Assembly (NCBI GenBank): GCA_048128005.1
Contig: JBEUKZ010000058.1
Coordinates: forward strand, 310,001-374,000
Length of the DNA: 64,000 nt
Direction: 5' to 3'
Source: Veleropilina oligotropha
Taxonomy: Eukaryota
The position numbers and the translations under genes were made by a program. Below, in pieces: positions 12,600 to 57,944 of this stretch (its first letter is position 1; every line of letters starts with the position of its first letter). Under the pieces are notes generated by a model, which searched no databases, was not told the origin of the DNA, and saw only the letters and a list, made by a program, of their open reading frames with translations.

Positions 12600-13552
12600 T
12601 AAAATCACCATGGTGTGGTTGTTTCTCGAAACTCTACTAAAAAGTGCCTATAACATGCAGATTTAAAAGTAGCTAATGTTGAAGAATCTCTTATAGACTG
12701 TGGAAGATCATTAAATAATTTAGGTCCATTAATTTTAAAACTTCTTTTGAATATCTCAGTGCGGGAAAAGGGAATCGATAACAGAGTTCCATTATTTGAC
12801 GATCTGAGAGATCTCGTTGGTGTATTACATAGGCCTACATTTAAAATGTTACAAATATAAGAAGGCGCAAGGCGTGCCCCGTTTTTGCAAGGTTTCCAAT
12901 CTATTAAGGTCATTTTGAGGACATGATTCCCAGATTCAAAGACGGTAATCAATGTGTGGCAAAATAAACATATTGTAAAACATTTTACGAGCATGCATTG
13001 GCAAGAATTTTTGAATTCTGCTCAAAAGATAAAGTTTACTCTTCACTTTTTTTATCACTGAAGATACGTGAGAAGACCAGTTTAAATTCTATTCAATGTT
13101 AACACCGAGCACCTTTTGTATTTTCACTGCCTCGATATTAATGCTAGAGTCCGGAACTTTAATGCTTAGATCACGTACATGGAGTCGTTGACGTTTTTGA
13201 ATACTGGTGATCAACATACCCTTTGTCTTTTGGAAGTTCATCGCCATCTTGTTAACTTGACACCACTGGTTCAAGTTATTAATATCGTGATTAAGGACAT
13301 CCTCTATTTCAGAAATAGTGTTTCCAGACGTGAAAATAGTGGTATCGTCTGCGTATGATTCATTTTGGCAAGAAAGAATAGTTTAGTCCACGCCCAATAA
13401 CTGTCGTTTGGATCATCAAATACTTCGATTATTGACCACGGCTGAATATTCAAATCCTGAAGAAATTTGCTTTGATCAAAGTGTTTCATACATCGGTATG
13501 AAATAGTACCTCCTGTTTTTTGTCTTAGAAACTTCGTCTTATGAACAACCAA
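12600..13552 (-). mobile_element. Degenerate, internally deleted LINE (L2/Crack/CR1 group) ORF2 fragments
   Basis: SYADDTTIFTSGN RT motif at about 13320-13358; WCQVNKMAMNFQKTKGMLI; the C-terminal LAPSYI...RSLRSS...KRSFKINGPKLFNDLPQSIRDSSTLATFK typical of this group. Confidence 0.85.
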
Positions 13553-13814
13553 ACTGAGTTGGGATAGGAGCTATATATACTGTATGAACACAATCCAAGT
13601 GAACACTTATTTCCTCTTCTGTCGGAAAATGTGATAGATGAATATGCATTTCAGATTATTCATGTCATGATGACCAGATGTAGAAGTATGTGATTGAGTA
13701 ACGAATTCATCATTTATGACCACTCTATGTGCCAAGTACTCCAACAACGTTAGAGCCTGCTAGTAATCAGTAGTACTAGGGTATGAAAGGCACGTCAACC
13801 CGGTCTCATATGTT

Positions 13815-15801
13815 ATAAGGGTATATGTACCAAGTAGTCGGCATATCATTATAGGAGTATATGTACCAAGTAGCCGGAATATCATTATAGGAGTATATGT
13901 ACCAAGTAGCCGGCATATCATTATAGGAGTATATGTACCAAGTAGCCGGCATATCATTATATAGGAGTATATGTACCAAGTAGCCGGCATATCATTATAG
14001 GAGTATATGTACCAAGTAGCCGGCATATCATTATAGGAGTATATGTACCAAGTAGCCGGCATATCATTATAGGAATATATGTACCAAGTAGCTGGCCTAT
14101 CATTATAGGAGTATATGTACCAAGTAGCCGGCATATCATTATAGGAGTATATGTACCAAGTAGCCGGCATATCATTATAGGAGTATATGTACCAAGTAGC
14201 CGGCATATCATTATAGGAGTATATGTACCAAGTAGCCGGCATATCATTATAGGAGTATATGTACCAAGTAGCCGGCATATCATTATAGGAGTATATGTAC
14301 CAAGTAGCCGGCATATCATTATAGGAGTATATGTACCAAGTAGCCGGCATATCATTATAGGAGTATATGTACCAAGTATCCGGCATATCATTATAGGAGT
14401 ATATGTACCAAGTAGCCGGCATATCATTATAGGAGTATATGTACCAAGTAGCCAGCATATCAATATAGGAGTATATGTACCAAGTAGCCGGCATATCATT
14501 ATAGGAGTATATGTACCAAGTAGCCGGCATATCATTATAGGAGTATATGTACCAAGTAGCCGGCATATCATTATAGGAGTATATGTACCAAGTAGCCGGC
14601 ATATCATTATAGGAGTATATGTACCAAGTAGCCGGCATATCATTATAGGAGTATATGTACCAAGTAGCTGGCCTATCATTATAGGAGTATATGTACCAAG
14701 TAGCCGGCATATCATTATAGGAGTATATGTACCAAGTAGCCGGCATATCATTATAGGAGTATATGTACCAAGTAGCCGGCATATCATTATAGGAGTATAT
14801 GTACCAAGTAGCCGGCATATCATTATAGGAGTATATGTACCAAGTATCCGGCATATCATTATAGGAGTATATGTACCAAGTAGCCAGCATATCATTATAG
14901 GAGTATATGTACCAAGTAGCCGGCATATCATTATAGGAGTATATGTACCAATTATCCGGCATATCATTATAGGAGTATATGTACCAAGTAGCCGGCATAT
15001 CATTATAGGAGTATATGTACCAAATAGCCGGCATATCGTTATAGGAGTATATGTACCAAGTAGCCGGCATATCATTATAGGAGTATATGTACCAAGTAGC
15101 CGGCATATCATTATAGGAGTATATGTACCAAGTAGCCGGCATATCATTATAGGAGTATATGTACCAAGTAGCCAGCATATCGTTATAGGAGTATATGTAC
15201 CAAGTAGCCGGCATATCATTATAGGAGTATATGTACCAAGTAGCTGGCATATCATTATAGGAGTATATGTACCAAGTAGCCGGCATATCATTATAGGAGT
15301 ATATGTACCAATTATCCGGCATATCATTATAGGAGTATATGTACCAAGTAGCCGGCATATCGTTATAGGAGTATATGTACCAAGTAGCCGGCATATCATT
15401 ATAGGAGTATATGTACCAAGTAGCCGGCATATCATTATAGGAGTATACGTACCAAGTAGCCGGCATATCATTATAGGAGTATATGTACCAAGTAGCCGGC
15501 ATATCGGTATGGGAGTATATGTACCAAGTAGCCGGCATATCATTATAGGAGTATATGTACCAAGTAGCCGGCATATCATTATAGGAGTATATGTACTAAG
15601 TAGCCGGCATATCATTATAGGAGTATATGTACCAATTATCTGGCATATCATTATAGGAGTATATGTACCAAGTAGCTGGCATATCATTATAGGAGTATAT
15701 GTACCAAGTAGCCGGCATATCATTATAGGAGTATATGTACCAAGTAGCCGGCATATCATTATAGGAGTATATGTACCAAGTAGCCGGCATATCATTATAG
15801 G
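13815..15801. repeat. 36-bp tandem satellite (ataggagtatatgtaccaagtagccggcatatcatt), about 55 copies
   Basis: Highly homogeneous head-to-tail array with no spacers; it generates the 12-aa periodic ORFs. Confidence 0.97.
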
Positions 15802-15889
15802 CTACTAAGGCTCGTAATAAGTGGAAATACAAGGCGCGGCTTGTGTTACAACTTCACACATCAGCAGATCTAGTTTTCCTAGATGTTCG

Positions 15890-16073
15890 GTTTGTGTTCA
15901 CACAACCAAAGACCGGTTGAGCAGTACAGTAATTGTTTGTGTTCACACAACCAAAGACCGGCTGAGCAGCATAGTAATTGTTTGTGTTCACACAACCAAA
16001 GACCGGCTGAGCAGTATAGTAATTGTTTGTGTTCACACAACCACAGACCGGCTGAGCAGTATAGTCATTGTTT
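15890..16073. repeat. 45-bp minisatellite, 4 copies
   Basis: Unit gtttgtgttcacacaaccaaagaccggctgagcagtatagtaatt. Confidence 0.9.
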
Positions 16074-16219
16074 GGCTATATAATATCTGCATGTTGAGTC
16101 ACCGTGGTCATTTCAAAAGTCATATATATGCTCTAATGTATAAACATGATCGAGGAAACACGTGTGTCATCACTGATAAGTGTCGTTATGAGTGTACACA
16201 GTTACTAACTGAACGATCG

Positions 16220-16330
16220 TGACATCAGCCTCGTCATGAGCCGCGATGACATCAGCCACGTCATGAGCCGCGATGGCACCAGCCACATCATGAGCGGTTA
16301 TGACATCAGCCTCATCATATACGCGGTGAT
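16220..16330. repeat. 27-bp minisatellite, about 4 copies
   Basis: Unit gacatcagcctcgtcatgagccgcgat. Confidence 0.8.
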
Positions 16331-16859
16331 AATATCAGTTCTCTTAATAATTGTGCGTATTGAATTCATATGACTTATGACGTCACAAGATACAATAGGC
16401 AGCTTGAGATTCTGATCCTTTATATTTTGACGTGTCGGTGTTCACTGACGCAGCCAGTACCACTTTGTATGAAGGTAATTGCGCAGACAAAAGTGGATAT
16501 CGTGTGATAGGAGTTATACCATCGCTGTTAGGTAAGCGCACACCTATGAACACCACGTTGGCAACATCGCCTGGGTTAATGACGGTTTAGGACAGACATG
16601 CCCCTGGCAATGCGATTCTCCCCATTGTCACCATGACCGTAGGCAGAGGCTAATCCAGGACGACGCGAACATTATACGATCTAAGCTGCTAGGGGAGCCG
16701 GGGGCATGCCTCTTATGACAATTTTGGAACTTAGATGCTGTGAAATGCAGTTTCCATGCAGCGGTTTAAAGCTTCTGATTCATGCTCCAATTGCTAATTT
16801 GATTTTGGACTTAAATAGATAGTTATTTCAGCGGTGATTGGTTGGTTGGCAACATTGTT

Positions 16860-17065
16860 TTACGACTACTTTTGACATTTTTTCAGTTGTATCGTAGTCG
16901 GGACACCCTGTTTAAGATATCACTCCGATCTGACCGACATACATTAGGGATATGCCTTCTATTATTTTAAGCGGTACAACGAACCGCCGCTGGTCTCGAA
17001 CCCGAAACCAACTAACAGCTTGGTTGAGAGTCTGCCGCACTAACCACTCACCCACCGATGCCGCT
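16860..17065 (-). mobile_element. tRNA-derived SINE
   Basis: The minus strand has GGTGGGTGAGTGGTTAG (box A) and GGGTTCGAGACC (box B), followed by a body. Confidence 0.55.
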
Positions 17066-17699
17066 AGTCCAGCGGTGATCGATTATTAATTACATAATTT
17101 TAAACGTGAAATTGACTATATATTTTTCTTTCACGGTACTCACTGTTGACCACCAATTAGCGTTGTCCCGGTGACGGGTTGGTTGTGGTGTTTGTGGTAG
17201 ACTCTGCCAAATTGGTATTCAGAAATAAAATCTTGCTCCTTTATATTAGAGTGGAAGCAATATACATGTAATTACCCATCGTAATGCCAGACCTGAAGCA
17301 TACACATTCTGAGGCTTTTTAGTGGTTTGCAGTATGTTAATATAAGCCTAAATATCTCACCGGTTCATGTCAGTAGACAAATACATTGAGGTAATTCGGC
17401 CTCAGTTCAGAGCAGTACTATTATAGTATAGTATATATAGTATGAAACACCATTTTGAAATGTATCTTGCTGCGTACTGCCAATGTAATTATTCGGGGAT
17501 TGGGGGGATGTCCTGATACTTTGGTATTCTGCTGGCGATTCTATAGCTAGTGTGTTTTGGAGAAGCTGTAGTTTTACAACTGAAACACGGTATAAGATCG
17601 GAAATTTTCATGAAAAAGTGGTGAATCCTTAACAGAAGGAGACTATATTGTCAAACGATGGGTTGTGTACTGCACAGCTTCATAACTGCGACCTAGCGG

Positions 17700-18110
17700 A
17701 AGTCAGGAATTACATGACCAATTGACAACTAACACTGAATGAAGCAATAAGAAAAGACCAGACATGTTGAGGTCAGAAGTTGAAGAAGCAATGGGACACT
17801 TTAGAAAACAATATATCCCCAGGAATCGACAACATCCCGACAGAGCTTCTGAAAAATGTAGGGGAAGAAGAAAGACTTTATGTACCAGATATGCAACCGC
17901 ATCTTATAAACTAAACAGTGTCCTTCGCAGTGGACCAAGTCCATAATAATCACCAATGCAAGGATCGTAAATGCCAAGGACTGTAGTAATGAAAGCGTTC
18001 AGAACGTTGCTCGGTATCACCAACATACCACAAATGATGAAGTGTTGCAAAGCATATGAAGCGTGATTGGGAAAACAAACCGCTTGATAGAAATAGTGAA
18101 ATCACGCAAG
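17700..18110 (+). mobile_element. Degenerate RTE-like LINE fragment
   Basis: Frameshifted LRSEVEEAM.../PGIDNIPTELLKNVG, the pre-RT region of non-LTR ORF2. Confidence 0.6.
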
Positions 18111-18654
18111 TTGAGGTAGTTTGATCATCATAACTCTGTCTAGTTAAACAGGAGCAGGTTCGAATAACCAACGTTGCACCCGATTTTCGTTCATTTAACA
18201 CTGCTACATTCACAGTTCTTTCGGGTCGGAGAGGGCGAGCTCTCTCGGGCGATCGGGTTTTCCTTACGCGATAACATGCACATGAACATGAATGTTGTTG
18301 AAATCTGGACATTAAGAATCGATCCCCAACAAAATCATGCACATCAGCCGCCAGAGCTTCTTACTGGGATATGCTTGCCATTTTTTCATAGAAAATTATA
18401 TTTATTTATTTGTATAGGCTCATCATATGCGTAGGAGTCTGTGCCCCTGTAAAGAGCCTCTATCGTATCAAATGGGTAGTGGGGGTAAATACCACCTCCA
18501 ACATATTCACTAGTTAAATTAAATCGTTCATAAATGTTAGTAAAATGCAATTAAATACATCGTATTCGCACTCTCAAAGGGGGTTTCACGCAATTAATTG
18601 TCAAAATTTTGAATGTGTAGAATGACTGAACAGCCTCTATCGTATCAAATGAAT

Positions 18655-19043
18655 CGAACGCACGTTTCGCACAGATTGATACAAATTTCGCGAAGATATG
18701 ATCGATATAAGATCAAATGATAGATTTTTATTGAAATTATTGTATAAACTGGGCAATAAATATTTTATTGTCAAATAGAAAGCTATCTTACTTGACGAGC
18801 AGAAACCTACGTAACTTTGCTCTAACTAGGTCAATTGGAAAAGCCACTCGGTGAGAGGTAATTAAAAGAGGACCCCTTTTAATTATTTTTAAATCTTCAT
18901 TAGAGATTTATTTAAACGGTAGCAAATTACTGACGAAAGTTGAGTGTTGGAAAATCCTAAATTTTTATGCCATAAACAAAAAGTGTAACGCAATTAGTTT
19001 TCTTTGCAAAGAAAAAGAGCGCATTTACGGGCAATAGGTCTAT
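18655..19043. mobile_element. Kolobok-like MITE copy, left end lost, ending about 340 bp upstream of the CDO1 ATG
   Basis: Ends GAGCGCATTTACGGGCAATAGGTCTAT|TTAA; the body matches the other family copies. Confidence 0.8.
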
Positions 19044-19382
19044 TTAAATTTAATATTGTTAAAATGTAATTTTGATTCTAAATTATTAATTAATGTAAAA
19101 CTATCTAAAACCAACAAGGATATGGTGTATTCAAGGAACTGATACCACACATAAGTATATAATTACTCTAGTCTATTGTGAAACAGTTCATGAAAATTCT
19201 TACGACATGCTGATATGACTATTTTGACGAAACGGTTTTGTTACGAAATACGTGGATCTTGTCAGAGCCGATGTAAACAACCAGCCTCGCTTTGATCAGC
19301 ACACCGTATGCTTCAATAAGGACGCGTGTGTTATTGAGATTATTAGGTTTCTGCAGCTGATTTCACGAGATAAAAGTGCAAG

Positions 19383-51417
<32,035 letters not shown>

Positions 51418-51897
51418 ACAACATAGGTCTATGGGAGACTACTATCAATGACAGTATTAATGACAATCTTGTCTCATTATTAAATATATTTTATGCAATT
51501 CGGTGAAAAGTATGTCTAATTTTAAGATTGTTTTGGCTTTACTGTGTTACTACATTGCTAATTTAGGATGCCTTAATTGATATATGGTAAATGTTATTGT
51601 AATTATAACCAAATATTGTATTGAAATTGTCATTGTTGGCAAATTTACAAATTGCTGTCCGATTATGTATCTGTTATCTTAAGTTGAAATCCATTTTGAA
51701 GATATTGTGCAGTTGTGATATATGTTGGTGATGATATACTAGTATTATGTTTGCTGTGATATGTGTAGCTACTGTCCATTTAGTTGTATGTTGTATTGTT
51801 TTTGTTTTGAACTCGAGTATAATAAAAAACTATATAATGTATGTGTATTTGTACACGGACAATACACATTTGAGAAATATATTGTTGATAATTTGCA

Positions 51898-52139
51898 TTT
51901 TTATGCCACCACCAATTTATTGGGGTGGCATTTAGATTTACTCTTGTCCGTCCCGTCCGTCCGTCCCGTCCCGTCCCGTCCCGTCCCGTCCGTCCCGAAA
52001 CCAGTATTTGCGTGTAAGCAACTCCAATCTGCTATAACTTCTATTTGCCTTCATGGATTGACTTGATACTTTGTACACTGCCCCTATGGTCAAGGCTGCC
52101 AGTGGGGGCATTCGTGTCCCGTGGACACATTTCTAGTTT
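51898..52139 (+). mobile_element. Short HINE-like element downstream of CDO1
   Basis: TTTTTATGCCACC..GGTGGCAT, a (CCCGT)n tract, and a 3' end GGGGGCATTCGTGTCCCGTGGACACATTTCTAGTT. Confidence 0.75.
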
Positions 52140-53176
52140 CCTTTGGATATACCTTATTATTTATGTTCAAATATCAGCATATTTATGTGATGTCTTGAGT
52201 TGTGTTGATGATGTTTGTGGTGCTGTTCATGAAGTGGTCAGTACTGTGACCATCGGCGACCACAAACCTGAACATGTCAAGGTTTCATTGCACGTTTGTT
52301 ATCAGACACACATGTCCATGCAAGCGCGCACGCACGTACACGTTATTGTTATGCAATGTTGTTTATAGTCATTAATTATTTTGATTGTTTCAAATGATAT
52401 TTGAAACAGAGTTTAATATGTGTAAACTATAATTATTATTGTATCTCTTGAAAGCCAATATGTCATAAGAATTCGGATTGCCCGGCAGCCTTATAACGCG
52501 GTAAGGAACTGTTTTCAAAACGTCGTACCATCAATCTGCCATGGCTTTCCCTGCTACAATGCACTCCATGATGGTTATTCAGAAACAGTATCATCTGGAA
52601 ATGGATTATTATCATATGTATGTGCATTGCTTCAAATCGGCCCTTGATCGTAAGATTGGCCACCTACATTATTAAAATCAGAAATGAAAGGAAAGAATAG
52701 ATGCTTGATGTCCTGTATATATATTTCCAACCTTCATTTGGTTCAAAGCAGGACATGTCCATATTATCGCGGGAGGAAAGCCTGGTCGCCCGGGGAAACC
52801 CGCCCTCTCCAACCAGTTACGGACAACTGATTCATAACTTGAACAAATGTGTGATGTCCGGGACTCCCTGCCAAGGTTTGAACCCACTACTGTTAGCGTC
52901 AGCAGAATCAAGTCAGTGATTTTCGGAGTCCACAACAGATACCACACGACTGTCAAAGCGGCCCTCGTTAAAATCACAAGCATTAACAATTGTAAATCTC
53001 CAATGCTATCCTCAATCAGATAAAATCTCGTATTTGAAATACAAAGAATCTCTATGTTGACATATATTAAACCTAGACAAAATATATAATATATTTGAAA
53101 TGCTGTTTTATGTACTGTTTATGTGATTGTTTTCCTGAATAAATGGCGTTCTCATGATTTAGTTTATGTTAACTAT

Positions 53177-53505
53177 TGAGACATACCCCACATCTGAAAA
53201 TAAGCACTGCACTACAGCTCCCATTCAGTGCGCTGTACGGCCTGAGACATACCCCACATCTGAAAAGAAGCACTGCACTACAGCTCCCATTCAGTGCGCT
53301 GTACGGCCTGAGACATACCCCACATCTGAAAAGAAGCACTGCACTACAGCTCCCATTCAGTGCGCTGTACGGCCTGAGACATACCCCACATCTGAAAAGA
53401 AGCACTGCACTACAGCTCCCATTCAGTGCGCTGTACGGCCTGAGACATACCCCACATCTGAAAAGAAGCACTGCACTACAGTTCCCATTAAATGCGCTGT
53501 ACGGC
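53177..53505. repeat. 66-bp minisatellite, 5 copies
   Basis: Unit tgagacataccccacatctgaaaagaagcactgcactacagctcccattcagtgcgctgtacggcc. Confidence 0.95.
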
Positions 53506-53818
53506 CGCTCCGGTAGCCACGTGGTTTCTATTTTCGAATTTGAATTCACTGGTTGACTGCTCGGTCAAGCAGTAGTCCGCACGAACCTCGGTTGGGGCAA
53601 TGGCGTTCATTGTTAAGTGGCCAATCACTGTTGTCCATAACTGCCTGGAGAGAGTGGATTTCCTGGGCGACAGGGCATTCCTCTCGCAATAATATGTGGT
53701 ATATGTAATAGAAAATACCCTGACTCCTGCGAAGATGGATCGCTACATTATCTGTCAATAATTAAAGATTATATGGTTGGTTCCATATCGGTATTGCGAC
53801 CGCGTATATGATGATATC

Positions 53819-54361
53819 TAGTCCGATAAATCTGCCCCTAATTAAAGCTCTAAATTATGACGGTCGCCTGTTTAAAGAGACTATTGCCCGTAAATGCGCT
53901 CTTTCTTTTTGAAAAGAAAACTAACCGCACTACACTTTTTGTTCATAACATAAAAAGTTAAGAATTTTCAACACTCAACTTTCGTCAGTAATCTTCTACT
54001 GTTTAAATTAATCGCTACTGAATATTTAAAAATAATAAAACGCGGTCCGCGTTTAATTACCTCGCACCGAGTGCATTTCCAATTGACCTAGTTGGAGCAC
54101 AATTGCGTAGGTATCAGCTCGTCAAGTAAGATAGCTTTCTACTTGACAACATATATTGCCCAGTTACAATAATAATTTCAATAAAAGTCTGTCATTTAAT
54201 CGTATATCGATCATATCTTCGCGAAATTGTATCTGTCTGCGCGAACCGTGCGATATGTGTGATCAGTCATGCTACACAGTCACGAAAAGAGCACATTTAC
54301 GGGCAATAGTATCTTTAAACAGAATTTAGAGCTTGTAATTAGGGGCAGATTTATCGGACTA
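53819..54361. mobile_element. Tiny foldback MITE (~100 bp) hosting a Kolobok-like insertion
   Basis: TIR TAGTCCGATAAATCTGCCCCTAATTA; flanking duplication GATGATATC at 53810-53818 and 54362-54370. Confidence 0.8.
53876..54314. mobile_element. Complete TTAA-flanked Kolobok-like MITE (~440 bp)
   Basis: TTAA|AGAGACTATTGCCCGTAAATGCGCTC ... GAGCACATTTACGGGCAATAGTATCT|TTAA; RR..YY termini. Confidence 0.88.
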
Positions 54362-55033
54362 GATGATATCATCCTAGTGCTAATTCAATATGAAATTATA
54401 TTTACGTGCAAACGTAAAAGAGTCGAACACAATGATTCGACCGCGTAAAGGAAATTCCAAATTTTAAATTAAGAATTAAATAGGGCAGCCCATGCAAAAT
54501 GTTATTGAACTATTCATAAAATCTATCCAAATTGTTCCTTCATGTAAAATAAATACCTAAGGCAAACCGAGTTATCTCCCATGCGCCAACATTTTTCAAC
54601 TTGACATTCACCTACTAGTATTCCGAAATCAAAATGGACAGAGTCGGATTAACCTTTTCATTGTTTCATATTTACTAAATGTAATTTTTGTATTTGTCGA
54701 TTGTTATCTCTTCGAGCTAACGTAAAAATACCATGTTTTATTAATAGGCCTACAAATAACAATAACTTGCCTTTCAGAAATAACTTAGAAGCAAAAAACT
54801 GCTTTTATGAAAGAGAAGAAAGGTCTGTTTCATTTTACAATTATTATAAATAAGCTGGTTCGCACAGATTCCATAAACCCATTGACATGAACATGATATC
54901 GTTTGTCTTAAAGAGACTATTTCCCGTAAATGCGCTCCTTTTAAAAAGAAAAGAAAACTAACCACTACACTTTTTGTTTATAACATAATTGCTACTGTTT
55001 AAATTTATCGCTACTGAATATTTAAAACTAGAT

Positions 55034-56847
55034 AACAAGTGATGGGGTGCCATCACAGTGGGCCCCGCTCCACCAATATAACTCGATAAACATTCACATG
55101 TGAGCAATAATTGTTATATATGCAAAAATAGAAGGTAAATTTACATTGACCATTTGATGAAGCTTATGCTGTTGATACTCCAAAATCATTATGCACTGGA
55201 TATTTCCAACATAAAATCTATACATGATGATATTGTGTCACAAACTGTTACCTCTCTCACCTTGATGTACCTGTAGTCAGAGACAGACAGAAACTAAACA
55301 TTAAATCATATGAAAAAATGAACTATTTAATACCAAATGTAAGCTTTAACCAAACACCTTAACCAAGATATTTTATGCAAAATTCCCTCCAATATCCATT
55401 AAACATGTCAAATTCCTTTCAATAATACCACTACAGCATGTAGGAACATTCCCTTGTTCATTTATTAGCATACATATAGAGCTAAGTTTGTTAACAGAAG
55501 CGTTAACCGGAACCTTAACCAAATATGCAACGGAGCAGAAGCTCATTTTCTATTAAATATTCTGAAAAAAATAAAATTTACAAATATCTTTAATGAAATT
55601 GCATCTACTAGTGATATCCAAGCAGTTAACTTTGTCAAAACATCAAATCTGGCATCAAAACCTGGAAAAATGCTTCAAGTAGAAGCTTTAACCTGGTACC
55701 TTAACCATAAAATTTTCAAGTAAATTCCTTCAATATCAACACTACAGTTTCAGGAAGGATTCATAATAGTGATCTTCAAACAAACCTTTGACAAAAAAGT
55801 GTCTTTATCAAACAAAGCATATGAAAATATGAAGTATTAGCACCAAATGGAAGCTTTAACCAAACACCTTAACTAAGACTTTTAGAGCTTAATTCCCTTC
55901 AATGTCCATTAAACATTTCAAATTCCTTAAACTAATGCCACTACAGCATGTAGGAACATTATCTTGTTCATTTATTGCCATACATTCAGGGCAAAGTGTG
56001 ATAACAGAAGCGTTAACCTGAATCTTAACCAAATCTGCGACGGACGGAAGGAAGGAAAAGGTGATCACTATAGGGCCGCCTTGTGGGGCCATAATTATTT
56101 ATTTGGGTTGTTTTGAATTTATTTCAAATATTAGCTGATAATTTGAACCCTGACCAGTTGACCAGAGTGATGTTGGACACTGTATACAGTCTGCTCTTGT
56201 ATAATGACAATAAATACTGCCATTTCAAGAAACCATTGAAATGAACCAATGGGAAGCCAGATTTCAAAATCAGTTTAATTCCGATTTTGATAATTCCATC
56301 TTCACAGAGTGACCATTAAGCTTAACAGCTTACTATGCCTATTGGCAGTGAGCAAGTATTACAGATAAGCACATGTCCATTTCATCATACACACATAATA
56401 TTTAGATGAATAAACAAAAGAAATTTACTAATTCTTATATTTGCGTAGCTACTTGATTAACGTCTGCAAACAAAAAATTGAATGATATCATTGAAAATGA
56501 ACAGCCTTCTTCCTTGTCATAAGATTCACCTACCAAGAAACTTTCATAATTAAAGATACTTAGTGATATATTTCTTGAGTTATATTGCAGAAACAAAGAT
56601 TTATTATAATACTTTATTACACTTTGTCAACATTTTGGCACATGAAACTTTAACCTGGGACCTTAATGAGAAGATTGGGCAAACAAAACTTTAACCTGGG
56701 ACCTTGATGTGAAGATTGGACAAACAAAACTTTAACCTGGGACCTTAATGAGAAGACTGGGCAAACAAAACTTTAACCTGGGACCTCAATGCTGGGATGC
56801 ACGGACGGAAAAGGTGATCACTGTAGGCCTCCCTGCGGGGCCATAAT
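55034..56847 (-). mobile_element. HINE-like element(s) with core repeats
   Basis: An AACAAG..hairpin end at 55034; repeated (ttaacc...ccttaacc) units; a 41-bp repeat at about 56645-56790; two ends GGACGGAA..GGTGATCACT..GGGGCCATAAT at about 56095 and 56847. Confidence 0.65.
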
Positions 56848-57439
56848 AACTAAAAGCGGTCTGCTTTTAATTACTTCGCACCGAGTGCATTGACCTAGTT
56901 GGAGCCACGTTGCGTAGGTTTCTGCTCGTCAAGTAAGATAGCTTTCTACTTGACAATAATATATATTGCCCAGTTACAATAATAAGTCTATCATGTGATC
57001 ATAGATATATCGATCGTATATTCGCGAAATTTGTATCAATCTGCGCGAACCGTGCGATAAAGGTGATCAGTCATGTGTTACCCCTGCGATCACGTCGAAT
57101 GGGGTTGGGATGTGGATAGATGACCAGTACATTATCATTGACCACCAGCGACCAGGGGGGGGGGGGGGTTACGTGTCCACTACCCCCACGCTACACGACC
57201 CGCTCAATAACACAAGCACACGGTAACAGAAATATCGTTCGACTGCCAAATCGAGGTTTTCAAAACAAGGGAGGTTACTTAAACCGAACCGGTCACACAC
57301 ACACCCTCTGAAACTCAAAGTCCATGTCCTCATGATGCATTTACAAAATATAATAGACAAGAAATACAAAAATAGTAACACAGTATAGCAAATCAATCGC
57401 CTACCTCCATACGTCTTTAATCTTCATGTCCCCTGACAT

Positions 57440-57690
57440 GGTACACCGTCATGCAACTATACGGCATGGAACACTATCATGCGACTATGGCATGGAACAC
57501 CATCATGCGACTATGGCATGGAACACCATCATGCGACTACGGTATGGAACACCATCATGCGACTACGGCATGAAATACCATCATGCTACTATGGCATGGA
57601 ATACCATCATGCGACTACGGCATGGAATACCATCATGCGACTACGGCATGGAACACCACCATGCTACTATTATAGTAGGCATGGAACACT
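57440..57690. repeat. 26-bp minisatellite inside the LTR element, downstream of gag
   Basis: Unit ggcatggaacaccatcatgcgactat, about 9 copies. Confidence 0.88.
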
Positions 57691-57944
57691 TTACAAGAAC
57701 AATGACACAATCAAAATATATAGACATGACACTTTCAAGACTTGAAGTGTTGGTTAATAGCGATGTACATAAATGTTGCAAAAACAATGAAAGCATAATA
57801 TCTACAGTGCAAGAAAAATATTTTCAATAAAAATGGTTCTGCCTTAATAGTACTAACATGAGACAGAGAACCTGTATCTAGTAAACTAGGCATCACTACA
57901 CCAGCTACCTCAGGACAATTGCAATGATTTAATAGGCGTCATAA

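Noticed and set aside
13760..15795. 604-aa and 612-aa ORFs; possible CRISPR-like array
   Set aside because: This is a pure 36-bp head-to-tail satellite with no unique spacers and no cas genes, in a eukaryotic context. The frames are open only because the unit lacks stop codons.
53166..53556. 116-126-aa repetitive ORFs on both strands
   Set aside because: They come from the 66-bp minisatellite; there is no splice or homology support.
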